A stretch of DNA of 64,000 nt from an uncultured Acidobacteriota bacterium. GTDB taxonomy: Bacteria; Acidobacteriota; Thermoanaerobaculia; Gp7-AA8. Under the pieces are notes generated by a model. The model made no database searches. It saw only the letters and a list, made by a program, of their open reading frames with translations, and was not told the origin of the DNA. The DNA lies in the NCBI GenBank assembly GCA_963741955.1, contig CAVUKB010000007.1:992001-1056000 (forward strand). Direction: 5' to 3'. This document shows, piece by piece, positions 51,261 to 61,598 of the stretch (the stretch's first letter is position 1; each line of letters begins with the position of its first letter). Position numbers and translations under genes: made by a program.

Positions 51261-53945
51261 GGCGCGCGAAAGTGGGTCGCGCGTCCCGCGCGAGGCTCGC
51301 ACAGTGGGTCGCGCACAGTGGGTCGCGCACAGTGGGTCGCGCGTCCCGCGCGAGGCTCGCCGGCATCGTGCCGGCGAGCGATGGCGTCAACGCCGCGCGG
51401 ATCGTTCCTCTCGCGATGTGGTGTGTTCGTGTCTCCTTACTCGGGAGGACCGTCGTATCCTGCCCGGAGGCAGGACGGCGCGGGACGCCGCCCTGCATCG
51501 GGCGAGACGCCCAACCCACTTTGGCCGCCCTGCACAGTGGGTCGCGCGAAAGTGGGTCGCGCGTCCCGCGCGAGGCTCGCCGGCATCGTGCCGGCGAGCG
51601 ATGGCGTCAACGCCGCGCGGATCGTTCCTCTCGCGATGTGGTTTGTTCGTGTCTCTTTACTCGGGAGGATCTGCGTATCCTGTCCGGGGGCAGGGCGGCG
51701 CGGGACGCCGCCCTGCCCCGGACGGGACGTCCAACCCACTGGGCATCGGGCGAGACGCCCAACCCACTTTGGCCGCCCTGCACAGTGGGTCGCGCGAAAG
51801 TGGGTCGCGCGTCCCGCGCGAGGCTCGCCGGCATCGTGCCGGCGAGCGATGGCGTCAACGCCGCGCGGATCGTTCCTCTCGCGATGTGGTTTGTTCGTGT
51901 CTCTTTACTCGGGAGGATCTGCGTATCCTGTCCGGGGCAGGGCGGCGCGGGACGCCGCCCTGCACAGTGGGTCGCGCGTCCCGCGCGAGGCTCGCCGGCA
52001 TCCTGCCGGGGAGCGATGGCGTCAAAGAAACGCAGATTGCTCCTCTCGCGATGTGGTGCGTTCGTGTCTCTCGACTCTCGGGACGATCCTCGCATCTCGC
52101 ACCGAACAGGGCGGCGCGGGACGCCGCCCTGCATCGGGCGAGACGCCCAACCCACAGACATGGGTCGCGCACAGTGGGTCGCGCGTCCCGCGCGAGGCTC
52201 GCCGGCATCGTGCCGGCGAGCGATGGCGTCAACGCCGCGCGGATCGTTCCTCTCGCGATGTGGTTTGTTCGTGTCTCTTTACTCGGGACGATCTGCGTAT
52301 CCTGTCCGGGGGCAGGGCGGCGCGGGACGCCGCCCTGCACAGTGGGTCGCGCGTCCCGCGCGAGGCTCGCCGGCATCGTGCCGGCGAGCGATGGTGTCAA
52401 CCCCGCGCGGATCGTTCCTCTCGCGATGTGGTTTGTTCGTGTCTCTTTACTCGGGAGGATCTGCGTATCCTGCCCGGGGGCAGGACGGCGCGGGACGCCG
52501 CCCTGCATCGGACGGGACGTCCAACCCACTGGGCATCGGGCGAGACGCCCAACCCACTTTGGCCGCCCTGCACAGTGGGTCGCGCGTCCCGCGCGAGGCT
52601 CGCCGGCATAGTGCCGGCGAGCGATGGTGTCAACGCCGCGCGGGTCGTTCCTCTCGCGATGTGGTTTGTTCGTGTCTCTTTACTCGGGAGGATCTTCGGA
52701 TCCTGTCCGGGGCAGGGCGGCGCGGGACGCCGCCCTGCACAGTGGGTCGCGCGTCCCGCGCGAGGCTCGCCGGCATCGTGCCGGCGAGCGATGGTGTCAA
52801 CCCCGCGCGGATCGTTCCTCTCGCGATGTGGTCTGTTCGTGTCTCTCTACTCGGGAGGACCTGCGTATCCTGTCCGAGGCAGGACGGCGCGGGACGCCGC
52901 CCTGCACAGTGGGTCGCGCGTCCCGCGCGAGGCTCGCCGGCATCGTGCCGGCGAGCGATGGTGTCAACACCGCGCGGATCGTTCCTCTCGCGATGTGGTT
53001 TGTTCGTGTCTCTTTACTCGGGAGGACCGTCGTATCCTGTCCGAGGCAGGACGGCGCGGGACGCCGCCCTGCATCGGACGGGACGTCCAACCCACTTTGG
53101 CCGCCCTGCATCGGGCGGGACGCCCAACCCACTGGGCATCGGACGGGACGTCCAACCCACAGACATGGGTCGTGCACAGTGGGTCGCGCGTCCCGCGCGA
53201 GGCTCGCCGGCATCGTGCCGGCGAGCGATGGTGTCAACCCCGCGCGGATCGTTCCTCTCGCGACGTCGTTTGTTCGTGTCTCTTTACTCGGGAGGATCCG
53301 CGTATCCTGTCCGAGGCAGGGCGGCGCGGGACGCCGCCCTGCCTCGGACGGGACGTCCAACCCACTGGGCATCGGACGGGACGCCCAACCCACTTTGGCC
53401 GCCCTGCACAGTGGGTCGCGCGCAGTGGGTCGCGCGTCCCGCGCGAGGCTCGCCGGCATCGTGCCTTCGAGCGATGGCGTCAACGCCGCGCGGATCGTTC
53501 CTCTCGCGATGTGGTTTGTTCGTGTCTCTTTACTCGGGACGATCTGCGTATCCTGCCCGGGGGCAGGGCGGTGCGGGACGCCGCCCTGCATCGGACGGGA
53601 CGTCCAACCCACTGGGCATCGGACGAGACGCCCAACCCACTTTGGCCCGCCCTGCACAGTGGGTCGCGCATCCTGCGCGAGGCTCGCCGGCATCGTGCCG
53701 GCGAGCGATGGTGTCAACCCCGCGCGGATCGTTCCTCTCGCGACGTGGTTTGTTCGTGTCTCTTTACTCGGGAGGACCGTCGTATCCTGCCCGGGGGCAG
53801 GACGGCGCGGGACGCCGCCCTGCATCGGGCGAGACGCCCAACCCACTGGGGATCGGGCGAGACGCCCAACCCACTGGGATCGGGCGAGACGCCCAACCCG
53901 CTGGGGATCGGACGAGACGCCCAACCCACTTTGGCCCCCCTGCAT
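51261..53945. repeat. Tandem array of ~12 units of ~167 bp built from REP-like hairpins (BIME/REPIN-like mosaic)
   Basis: Units begin GTGGGTCGCGCGTCCCGCGCGAGGCTCGCCGGCATCGTGCCGGCGAGC near 51331, 51551, 51799, 51966, 52173, 52341, 52574, 52741, 52908, 53178, 53424, 53658, with variable numbers of GCATCGGGCGAGACGCCCAACCCACT modules between them. Confidence 0.95.
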
Positions 53946-54013
53946 CGTTCAGGACCAACGCCGGTGCGCGATCCCTCCGCCCGCGCTACAATGCGCCGCC
54001 GGAACGTATTGCC

Positions 54014-54220
54014 ATGCCTGACAAAAACAAGAAGGACATGCGCCAGATGCTCGAGCTCTCTTCGATCGGCTTCATGTTCCCGATCGCGATCGGGCTCGGT
54101 TTTCTCTGGGGGTGGGGGATGGACCGGCTGTTCGGAACCTACCCCTGGTTGACGGCGATCTTCTCCGGTCTCGGAATCATCGCGGCATTCGTGAATCTGT
54201 TCCGGATGACGAAGGAATGA
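54014..54220 (+). CDS. atpZ: AtpZ/AtpI-family (ATPase gene 1) protein
   Basis: SSIG...PIAI.LG...G..MD..FGT.PW......LG..AAF; heads the F0 operon. Confidence 0.88.
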   Translation: MPDKNKKDMRQMLELSSIGFMFPIAIGLGFLWGWGMDRLFGTYPWLTAIFSGLGIIAAFVNLFRMTKE

Positions 54221-54714
54221 GCGGGCCGACGGAGGGACCGCAGTCCCCCGAGCCGAATGGCGAAGGCGGGCCGTCCATCGAGGACGTCCCGGACGTTCCG
54301 CCCCCACAGGTCCCGCCGCCGCCGACTCCGGAGGAAACGGAGGAAGAGCGGCGGGGGGTGACCCGGCGGATCCGGAAGATCGCGATCGGGGCCTATTTTC
54401 CGATCGCGGCCTGGTATCTGATCCATGCGGATTGGGGATCGTTCGGTGGATTGACTTGCAGTGCAGCGGTGGCTATCATCAACTTCCTTTGGCTGGAGGG
54501 CCTGGTGGTCAAAGTTCTCCGGCCGGCGCCGCGGGTGAATGCGTGGAGGATGGTGGTGAGATCCCTCGCGCGCTTCATTCTCTTCGGAGTGGCGCTGTCG
54601 GTCGTCATCATCGTAGCTCGTTTCAATGCGATCAGTGTGTTGCTGGGATTCTCGATCATCGTCATCGGGATCATGGGAGAGGCCTGTTACGAGGCCTGGA
54701 ACGCGAAAGAATAG
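54217..54714 (+). CDS. atpI: ATP synthase I chain-like membrane protein
   Basis: Four TM helices with NF.WL motif, located between atpZ and atpB. Confidence 0.75.
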   Translation: MSGPTEGPQSPEPNGEGGPSIEDVPDVPPPQVPPPPTPEETEEERRGVTRRIRKIAIGAYFPIAAWYLIHADWGSFGGLTCSAAVAIINFLWLEGLVVKVLRPAPRVNAWRMVVRSLARFILFGVALSVVIIVARFNAISVLLGFSIIVIGIMGEACYEAWNAKE

Positions 54715-54736
54715 CCCGGCAGTTCGGTGGAGTTGA

Positions 54737-55438
54737 ATGGAACATCAGCACTCGATTCTCTACGGTCCTTTCAATTGGGTCTGGCACAAGCTGGGCTTTG
54801 CCTGGGACGTTCCGGACCACGTGGTCATGGCGCTTCTGGTCTTCGCGATCTGCGCCGTGCTCCTTCCGCTCGTCTCCAGGAGCTTCAGCCGGGACGACCC
54901 CGGCCACTTTCAGCAGTTTCTCGAGTACATCATCGGTGGACTCAGGAATCTGCTCGAAGACGTCGTCGGTCACGGCTCGGAACGATATCTCGACCTGATC
55001 GGCGCCCTGACCGTCTTCATCTTCATCTCGAATATTTTCGGCCTCTTCTTTTTCCTTCAGCCGCCGACCGCGAACGTGAACACCACGTTCGGGCTGGCCA
55101 TCTGCGCGTTCCTCTATTACAACTTCCACGGGATCCGCGCTCAGGGCCCGCTCCACTATCTCAAGCACTTCGGCGGCCCGGTCTGGTGGCTCGCGCCGCT
55201 GATGTTTCCGATCGAACTGATCGGACACTTCGCGCGCATCCTTTCACTCGGCGTCCGTCTGTTCGGCAACATCTTCGGCGAGCACACCGCGACCGGGATC
55301 TTCGTCGGCCTGATGCCATTCGTGATTCCCTGGCCGATGATGGGGCTCGGTATCTTCGGCGCCGTCCTCCAGACCTTCATCTTCGTCATGTTGACCATGG
55401 TCTACATCGGTGGCGCCGTGGCCACCGAAGAACATTGA
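54737..55438 (+). CDS. atpB: F0 ATP synthase subunit a
   Basis: P...Q...E, PPTAN.N, PIE.I.H..R.LSL..RLFGNI, LQ.FIF..L...Y. Confidence 0.96.
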   Translation: MEHQHSILYGPFNWVWHKLGFAWDVPDHVVMALLVFAICAVLLPLVSRSFSRDDPGHFQQFLEYIIGGLRNLLEDVVGHGSERYLDLIGALTVFIFISNIFGLFFFLQPPTANVNTTFGLAICAFLYYNFHGIRAQGPLHYLKHFGGPVWWLAPLMFPIELIGHFARILSLGVRLFGNIFGEHTATGIFVGLMPFVIPWPMMGLGIFGAVLQTFIFVMLTMVYIGGAVATEEH

Positions 55439-55484
55439 TCTCTACCTTTACCAGTCTCGAATTCTTGAAAGGAGGAATCCTCAG

Positions 55485-55808
55485 GTGAAGCATCTGAAAA
55501 CCATCATGCTGTTCGTGCTCGTCGCGCTCTCGGCGACCGCGATGTTCGCGCAGGCCGAGCCGGCCGCCGCTGCTACGGTTCACACCGGTGTGCAGTGGGG
55601 TCTGATCTCGGCGGCCTTCGTCCTCGGTCTCGCTGCCTTCGGCGGCGCGCTCGGACAGGGAAAAGCCATTGCTGCGGCCTGCGAAGGCATCGCGCGCAAC
55701 CCCGGCGCTGCCGGCGCGATCCGTCTCGCGATGATCATCGGTCTCGCACTGATCGAGTCGCTCGTCATCTACGCACTCGTCATCGCGTTCATCGTCCAGG
55801 CGAAGTAA
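55485..55808 (+). CDS. atpE: F0 ATP synthase subunit c with N-terminal signal-like extension
   Basis: GTG start after an AGGAGG RBS; [10 protein letters not shown]...EGIARNP...[11 protein letters not shown]. Confidence 0.95.
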   Translation: MKHLKTIMLFVLVALSATAMFAQAEPAAAATVHTGVQWGLISAAFVLGLAAFGGALGQGKAIAAACEGIARNPGAAGAIRLAMIIGLALIESLVIYALVIAFIVQAK

Positions 55809-55832
55809 ACCGAGTTTCACCATCGCTGTCGA

Positions 55833-55868
55833 GAAGCCCGGCGGGTGCGAACCTGCCGGGCTTTTTTC
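55833..55868 (+). terminator. Rho-independent terminator after atpE
   Basis: AAGCCCGGCGGGT-gcga-ACCTGCCGGGCTT followed by a T run. Confidence 0.8.
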
Positions 55869-55883
55869 TCGTGGTGCGTTCGA

Positions 55884-56066
55884 CCGCGGCGAGACTCGTG
55901 GCGTACGCGATGAAGACGGCGGGTGTGGCAGGACGCGGAGCGTCGGTGATTCTCGCGACCAGCTCCTCTTCTGCCACGGGTTCGAATGATGCTGCGGTCG
56001 CGCATCTGCCGTGATCCGCGCGGCGGGATCCGCTGCGAGACTCGTGTCGTATGCGATGAAGACGGC
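55884..56066. repeat. Two 37-bp direct repeats
   Basis: CCGCGGCGAGACTCGTGGCGTACGCGATGAAGACGGC (55884-55920) and 56030-56066, 34/37 identical. Confidence 0.7.
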
Positions 56067-56372
56067 CGTGGCGCTGTGAGGAATCCGCGCGAAATCTCCG
56101 CGCTACTGCGTCTGCCCGGGCGGCCCGGAATGCCGCGACGCAGACACGATCACGCCGATTCCGATCAGCGCGAGAGCGCCAACTCCGATCCAGATCGGTG
56201 ACGCACCGAGAAGGTGTGCGGCGATCGCGAGCGCGACCACCAGAAGAATCCATCCGACCAACGAAAGATTGAACCACTGCACGGGTACGTTCCTCCCGGA
56301 AGCAGACGGAGCAACGAGAGTGCCACCGACTCGCGGTTTTGCAGTTCCTGGCCTCGTGACACGCGCAAAGCA

Positions 56373-56403
56373 CGAAAAAGCCGGCCTGAGGGCCGGCTTT
56401 TCG
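56373..56403 (-). terminator. Bidirectional-type terminator hairpin
   Basis: AAAAAGCCGGCC-tgag-GGCCGGCTTTT. Confidence 0.75.
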
Positions 56404-56423
56404 CTTTTCGATCGAAGCGAAGC

Positions 56424-57452
56424 TTACTCGGAGGCGATCATCCGGTGGAGAGCCTGTGCCCCGAGCCCGGCGGACACGTTGTCGTTGAGCTGGAGCGTCA
56501 TCATGTCGGACCATGCGCCGTCTTTCCGCATGATGTAGCGAAGCGCATCGCCATCCCGGTAGTAGTAGATCAGTTTCGTGGTATCCGAACCGGCGAGCGC
56601 GGTGATCTTCGAATCCGCCTCACGCCGGAACAGGCCGGGGGGATCGATCTCGCCGCGCCAGATTCCGACCGGAAGCTCGAGCTGCCCCTCGGCCGTGACC
56701 GGCCGGAGGTACAACCGCTCGAGGCGATTGCGGTCCCAGTCGGCGAAGACGATGTCGATCGCATCGAGGGAGGACTGGACGAAGATCGCCGGATGGCGGA
56801 ACAGATCGCGGTCGAAATCGGCCGGAAGCTCCGCAGCCGGACGTTGTCTGGTGGAATCGACCCAATAGAGGAGATCGTGGATGTCGATCCCAGCGACCCG
56901 CCCGTCCTTGATGGAGATCATCGCGTAGCGGCCGTTCTCGCCGTATCCGGTCTGGTCCCACCAGACGGCGTGGACGATCAGCCGCGGCACTTCGATCCGG
57001 TTGCCGTTCTCGTCGGTCGACTGCGCGTAGCGGGTCACGCCGATCTGCAGGTTGAACCGGATGTGGAACGATCCGTTGTCGATCGACGTGGTGTCGCTCC
57101 ACGTCGAGTCGTGGTACGAACAGAGGAGAAGCTCGCTCGACATGAGGTTCGGCTGCTTCTGCCAGAAGATGAAGAGGGTCTTTGACTGCGAGTCCCAGGC
57201 AAGAGAGGGGCTGGTATGCATTCCGCCGCTCAACGAGTCGGGGACGTACGTGTTGGTGACGTCGGTGCCGTTCTGTACCCGCAGCTGGAGAACGCGCTGG
57301 GAGATGCTGTCGACTCCGACTGCGAGCGGATCGACGCTCTCGATGGTGTAGAGCGTTCCGTCGGGAGTGAGCAGGACGTCACGATCCGCGTCCTGTGCGA
57401 GCAGCACGAGCGGAAAAAGGAGTGCGAGCACTGCGATCAGAGCGCGTTTCAT
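56424..57452 (-). CDS. Secreted hypothetical protein (342 aa, probably beta-rich)
   Basis: Signal peptide MKRALIAVLALLFPLVLLA; start overlaps the TPR gene stop. Confidence 0.8.
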   Translation of the reverse strand: MKRALIAVLALLFPLVLLAQDADRDVLLTPDGTLYTIESVDPLAVGVDSISQRVLQLRVQNGTDVTNTYVPDSLSGGMHTSPSLAWDSQSKTLFIFWQKQPNLMSSELLLCSYHDSTWSDTTSIDNGSFHIRFNLQIGVTRYAQSTDENGNRIEVPRLIVHAVWWDQTGYGENGRYAMISIKDGRVAGIDIHDLLYWVDSTRQRPAAELPADFDRDLFRHPAIFVQSSLDAIDIVFADWDRNRLERLYLRPVTAEGQLELPVGIWRGEIDPPGLFRREADSKITALAGSDTTKLIYYYRDGDALRYIMRKDGAWSDMMTLQLNDNVSAGLGAQALHRMIASE

Positions 57453-58330
57453 AATTTGAAGTTCACCATGCCTCGCAGATCGAGAGCGAAAAGAAGGTTC
57501 TTGAGATGGGGGAAGTCGGGATAGAACGTCGCGAGGTGATCGAAGTGCAGTTCGGCCGCGGCAGTATCGCCCTGCTTGTAGGCGACCTCGCCGAGAAGGA
57601 AATGGGCGTTGCGGACCTGGCGGACCTCGGTCGCGTGCTCGAGCCCGATCTCACCGTAATGCCGCGCCTCGTCGAGCTCGCCCGTCTCGAGGTATCCGAA
57701 ACAGAGGTCGATCCACGATTCGGCCGCGTAGCCTTCGATCCCGGCGCGCTCCATCATTTCGAGCGCCTGAAGGATCAACTGGATGCCATGCGCGGGGTCG
57801 CCGGCCTGCATCTGCGTGTACCCGAGGTTCTGGAACGTGAAGCTGCGGCGGAGAAGGTGCGCTTCGTCGTCGGGCGTCAGATCGAGAACTCTCGTATAGA
57901 GGTCGACGGCTTCGGGGATCCGGGACTCGAAGACCGCGAGCTTGGCCAGCGCGAAGAGCGCCTCGGCCTTCCACTCCGTGTCGCCGCTGCTCTCGGCGGT
58001 CTCCAGAGCGATCTTCGCGTAGAACGTCGCGCGTTTGTAATCCTTCTCGGCTTCGAACTTCCGCCTCAGGTAATACGCAGCGAGATAACGATGCCGCGCA
58101 TTGCGCTGGCGCATCAGGATCTGCGGAAGCTGTTGCACCTCGGGCGAGGACTTCTCCATCGAGATCATCACGCCGGCCTTGTTCAGCACCAGCAGCTCGA
58201 TCGCCTCGTCGTCGGTCGCGATGGCCAGCGCCGCGTCGAGAAGCTCGACCGCGCTCTCCATCTCGTTCGCGCGCATCTTCGCCAGCGCCTGCTGCCGCAG
58301 CGATTCCACGCGATCCACCGATGTCGTCAT
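57449..58330 (-). CDS. Tetratricopeptide repeat protein
   Basis: Helical repeats such as NLGY...G....G...I..AL, DLCFGYLE.G.L..A..YG..GL, AHFLLGE.A...GD...A. Confidence 0.8.
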   Translation of the reverse strand: MTTSVDRVESLRQQALAKMRANEMESAVELLDAALAIATDDEAIELLVLNKAGVMISMEKSSPEVQQLPQILMRQRNARHRYLAAYYLRRKFEAEKDYKRATFYAKIALETAESSGDTEWKAEALFALAKLAVFESRIPEAVDLYTRVLDLTPDDEAHLLRRSFTFQNLGYTQMQAGDPAHGIQLILQALEMMERAGIEGYAAESWIDLCFGYLETGELDEARHYGEIGLEHATEVRQVRNAHFLLGEVAYKQGDTAAAELHFDHLATFYPDFPHLKNLLFALDLRGMVNFKL

Positions 58331-58346
58331 GCTCACCCTCGCTCCC

Positions 58347-58703
58347 TCACTCTTCCTCGTCCGCATCCGGAGAGGCGCCCGCCTCCTCCTGTGCGCGCTT
58401 GAACTCGATGAACGACTCGACTTCACGCTGCGCTTCCGGACTGAGGTACCGGTATTTTTCTGCAATCGTCATTTCCCGCGGACGCTCCTCGAAGAACTCA
58501 CCGATCGAGAGGTTGAACGTCTGCAGGATCCGGAGCAGCGTATCGAGTCCGACTTTGTACTCGCCCTGCTCCATACGCGACAGGTCCGACTGATGGATGC
58601 CGATCTTTTCGGCGAGCTCCACCTGCGTCAGCTTCCGCTGGCGTCTGAGCTGCCGGATCTTTCGTCCGACGAGCTCCATCTGGATCGGCTGTCTCGATGA
58701 CAT
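58347..58703 (-). CDS. XRE-family HTH transcriptional regulator
   Basis: VGRKIRQLR....LTQ.ELA.KIGI.QS.LSR.E.G. Confidence 0.92.
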   Translation of the reverse strand: MSSRQPIQMELVGRKIRQLRRQRKLTQVELAEKIGIHQSDLSRMEQGEYKVGLDTLLRILQTFNLSIGEFFEERPREMTIAEKYRYLSPEAQREVESFIEFKRAQEEAGASPDADEEE

Positions 58704-58742
58704 TTCTTTGACTTTTATGCTACTGCGCAATATGCTCCGCGC

Positions 58743-59555
58743 GTGTCCAATGTAGGGAGTCCGATCGCACAAGTCAAGGATTTCCGAGCATTTGACCCCG
58801 TCCGGGATCTGCATCTCCTCGCCCAGCTCATCCGTCGCGATTTCAGCGCCCGATTTGCCGGTTCAGCATTCGGAATCGCCTGGGCCGTCCTTCAGCCCCT
58901 CAGTCTCGTCCTCCTTTATTGGTTCGTTTTCACGGTCATGATCCCCGGACAGCCCGTTCAGGGAGGAGGAGGGGAGTACGTCCTCTTTCTCATCTCGGGA
59001 CTCCTTCCGTGGCTCGCCATCAACGAAGGAATCATGCGGGCGACGACCTCCATCGTCGAAAACGGGGCGATGGTCCGCCGTCTCCCGTTCCGGAGCGAGC
59101 TTCTGGTGTTCGTGCCGAACGCCTCGGCGGTGATCTTCGAGCTGGTGGGACTCGGCCTCTTCACCGGATTTCTCCTCTACCGCGGCATCTCGCTCCGCGG
59201 GATGTGGCTCCTCCCGCTCGCCCTTCTCTTCCAGCTGATGATCCAGGTGGGGATCGGCCTCGTCCTCTCCGCGGTCCACGTCTTCTTCCGTGACGTGACC
59301 CAGATTCTCGGGTTCGTCCTTTCCATCGTCTTCTTCCTCAGCCCGATCCTCTATTCGGTGGAAGGGAGATTCAAGACCATCTTCATGTGGAATCCGATGA
59401 CACCTCTCCTCGGTTTGTTCCGCAGTGCGATGCTGGCGTCACCGTTACCCTCGCCCGTCTCGTTCGTATTCCTCTTGACGGCAGCGACGGTTATTTTCGG
59501 CGGAGGTCTCTTCTTCTTCCGCCGGGTGCAGCCAGGGCTGGTCGATCTGATCTGA
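58743..59555 (+). CDS. wzm: ABC-2 polysaccharide export permease (Wzm/RfbA/TagG family)
   Basis: L.RRDF..RF.GS..G..W..L.PL, Y..FL..GL.PW, V.FRD..Q, P..Y, NPM. Confidence 0.88.
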   Translation: MSNVGSPIAQVKDFRAFDPVRDLHLLAQLIRRDFSARFAGSAFGIAWAVLQPLSLVLLYWFVFTVMIPGQPVQGGGGEYVLFLISGLLPWLAINEGIMRATTSIVENGAMVRRLPFRSELLVFVPNASAVIFELVGLGLFTGFLLYRGISLRGMWLLPLALLFQLMIQVGIGLVLSAVHVFFRDVTQILGFVLSIVFFLSPILYSVEGRFKTIFMWNPMTPLLGLFRSAMLASPLPSPVSFVFLLTAATVIFGGGLFFFRRVQPGLVDLI

Positions 59556-59584
59556 ACAATTCATATCCGTTGAAGGAGTCTCCC

Positions 59585-61324
59585 ATGGTCTGGAAGAAAC
59601 TCACCCGAGGAGTGTTCGTCGCCACGCTCTCGGCCCTCCTGCCGCTCGCCGCCGCAGCGCAGTCGGGTCAGCATCAGCATCCGGCAGAGAAAGACGTCAA
59701 GGCGAGCGAGCCCTCTGCGAAACAGTCACCCGCCCCGACGATGACGCGCGCCGAGCAGCTCGAGGCGTGGGGAGTCGGCGTCGACCCGGGTCCCGACCCC
59801 GACCCGAAACAGATCTTCGAGCGGAACGGCCGCCCCTTCACCATCGAGAAGTTTCCGATGAAGAACGTGGTGCCGACGGACCGTCCGGGGTGGGTGCGTC
59901 CCTACGCGTGGGTCAACGTGGCCGCGGAGATTTATCGGCAGGACGAGCAGAACGTCTGGGTCTGGCTTCCGGCCGACGTCGGTCCGACCGGTGGGTCGGG
60001 GGTCGAGCGCGACAAGCGCGAGGAGCGCATCCGATCGTACAAACCGGAGGAGCTCGAGTACTTCCGGAAGCTTCGTCCGGAGTTCGTAACCAGGCCGGCC
60101 CCTTCTGCAGACCTGACCCTCCGGTTCGAAGACGCATCCAAAGGACTTCCTGCGGAGGGGAACTACCGCAATTCGCTCGCCGTTGCGGACATGAACGAAG
60201 ACGGCATTCCCGACATCATCCTCCCGCCGCAGCGCGGCGTGGATGGTCCTCCGACGATCTATCTCGGCTCGAAAGACGGTTCGTGGCGTGAATGGAAGGA
60301 AGCCGAGTGGCCGTACACCTTCGCCTACGGGAGCGTGGTGGCCGGCGATCTGAATGGAGACGGGCACCAGGATCTCGTTTTCGGTGTCCACTACACCGGC
60401 GTGACCGCGATTCTGGGAGACGGAAAAGGGCACTTCGTCCCGGCCGGTGAGGGTCTGCCGACCAGGGACTTCGGTTCGCGGCGGGTCGATCTCGCGGATT
60501 TCAACGGCGACGGCTCGCTCGACATCGTGGCGATCTCCGAAGGTCCCCGTCCCGGCCGGCCCGAGCTGGAGGCGAATCCGATCCGGATCTTCCTGAATCA
60601 GGACCACGCGAAGAGCTGGAAGGAGCTCGATTTCGTGGAGCCGGGACGCCTGGTCTCCGGTGACTGGATGGCGGTCGGTGATTTCGACGGCAACCGCAAA
60701 CCGGACGTCGCCGGCTCGAGCATCTACTTCAACGGCCCGGACCTGATCTACCTGAACCAGGGGAAGAACGAGTTCAAGGCGTTCGGCCGCGGATTCCTCC
60801 CGTTCTACTCGTACTACTTCGCCGTCGATGCCGGACACTTCACGACCAGAAGACGGGACGACCTCGCGATCAGCTTCATGCGCGCGTGGCCGGAGGACAT
60901 CGATCCGCGGAAGGTCGAGTACCCGGAGGCGACGAAAGTCGCGGGGATCGATCTGGTGACGTGGGACGCGAAGGGTCACGCGCATCGCAAGCCGGTGACC
61001 AGTCGTGCTTCGGATGGCGCGATCTGGGGAATGGCTTCAGCGGATTTCGATGGCGACGGGAAGCTCGACCTGATCTACTCCCAGTCGTCGCCCCGGGCAT
61101 TCGTGATCCTCCTCGGCGACGGGAAAGGGAACTTCCGAGAGGCGAAGCTGGATGGGTTGACGGCTCCGGACAACCTCAACTACGACATCGTCGCGAAGGA
61201 CGTGAACGGCGATGGACGCCCCGACGTGGTGGTGATGTACGAGGACTTTCTGGACCGGAAGGACGGGTCGGTTCACGTCTACCTGAACCGCGGTGCGGAG
61301 CCGGATGGGAAGGGCGGGAAGTAA
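59585..61324 (+). CDS. Secreted FG-GAP/VCBS repeat beta-propeller protein
   Basis: Signal peptide; repeated D.NGDG..D motifs (ADMNEDG, GDLNGDG, ADFNGDG, GDFDGN, ADFDGDG, DVNGDG). Confidence 0.9.
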   Translation: MVWKKLTRGVFVATLSALLPLAAAAQSGQHQHPAEKDVKASEPSAKQSPAPTMTRAEQLEAWGVGVDPGPDPDPKQIFERNGRPFTIEKFPMKNVVPTDRPGWVRPYAWVNVAAEIYRQDEQNVWVWLPADVGPTGGSGVERDKREERIRSYKPEELEYFRKLRPEFVTRPAPSADLTLRFEDASKGLPAEGNYRNSLAVADMNEDGIPDIILPPQRGVDGPPTIYLGSKDGSWREWKEAEWPYTFAYGSVVAGDLNGDGHQDLVFGVHYTGVTAILGDGKGHFVPAGEGLPTRDFGSRRVDLADFNGDGSLDIVAISEGPRPGRPELEANPIRIFLNQDHAKSWKELDFVEPGRLVSGDWMAVGDFDGNRKPDVAGSSIYFNGPDLIYLNQGKNEFKAFGRGFLPFYSYYFAVDAGHFTTRRRDDLAISFMRAWPEDIDPRKVEYPEATKVAGIDLVTWDAKGHAHRKPVTSRASDGAIWGMASADFDGDGKLDLIYSQSSPRAFVILLGDGKGNFREAKLDGLTAPDNLNYDIVAKDVNGDGRPDVVVMYEDFLDRKDGSVHVYLNRGAEPDGKGGK

Positions 61325-61598
61325 AGGGTTGCGGGGCGGATGGAATGCAGTATAATCGCCCCATTCGAAACGGTCTTATGGCGTTACACCATAAATTTCG
61401 ACCCGAGCTATTGACTTTCGGAATATAGTGCCCTACTTTGACACAGACTTCAAAACGAGAATCGCACTGGTTCCAGTTGAAAATTGACATTCGGGAGGTG
61501 ATGGATCAACGAGGAAGGCTGATGAATTTCCAGGAAAAGCCCTGAAAATGTCCCTTGGAAATCTTCGAACAACAACAAAGTCGTGTAGGAGAAATCAA
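61325..61598 (+). promoter_or_regulatory. AT-rich promoter/leader region of the downstream secreted protein
   Basis: Visibly AT-rich; contains TATAAT (61351-61356), several TTGAC hexamers and an AGGAGA RBS before ATG 61599. Confidence 0.5.

Noticed and set aside
51261-53945. Array as a CRISPR locus
   Set aside because: Inter-repeat sequences are near-identical rather than unique spacers, the period is ~167 bp and no cas genes are present
51272-54220. Very long ORFs (982, 944, 465, 435 aa) across the repeat array
   Set aside because: They arise because the GC-rich repeat unit lacks stops; frames swap between units and composition is not protein-like. Only the last 68 codons (atpZ) look real.
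55884-56066. 37-bp repeats ending GAAGAC as a mini-CRISPR
   Set aside because: Only two copies, a 109-bp gap too long for a spacer, and no leader or cas genes
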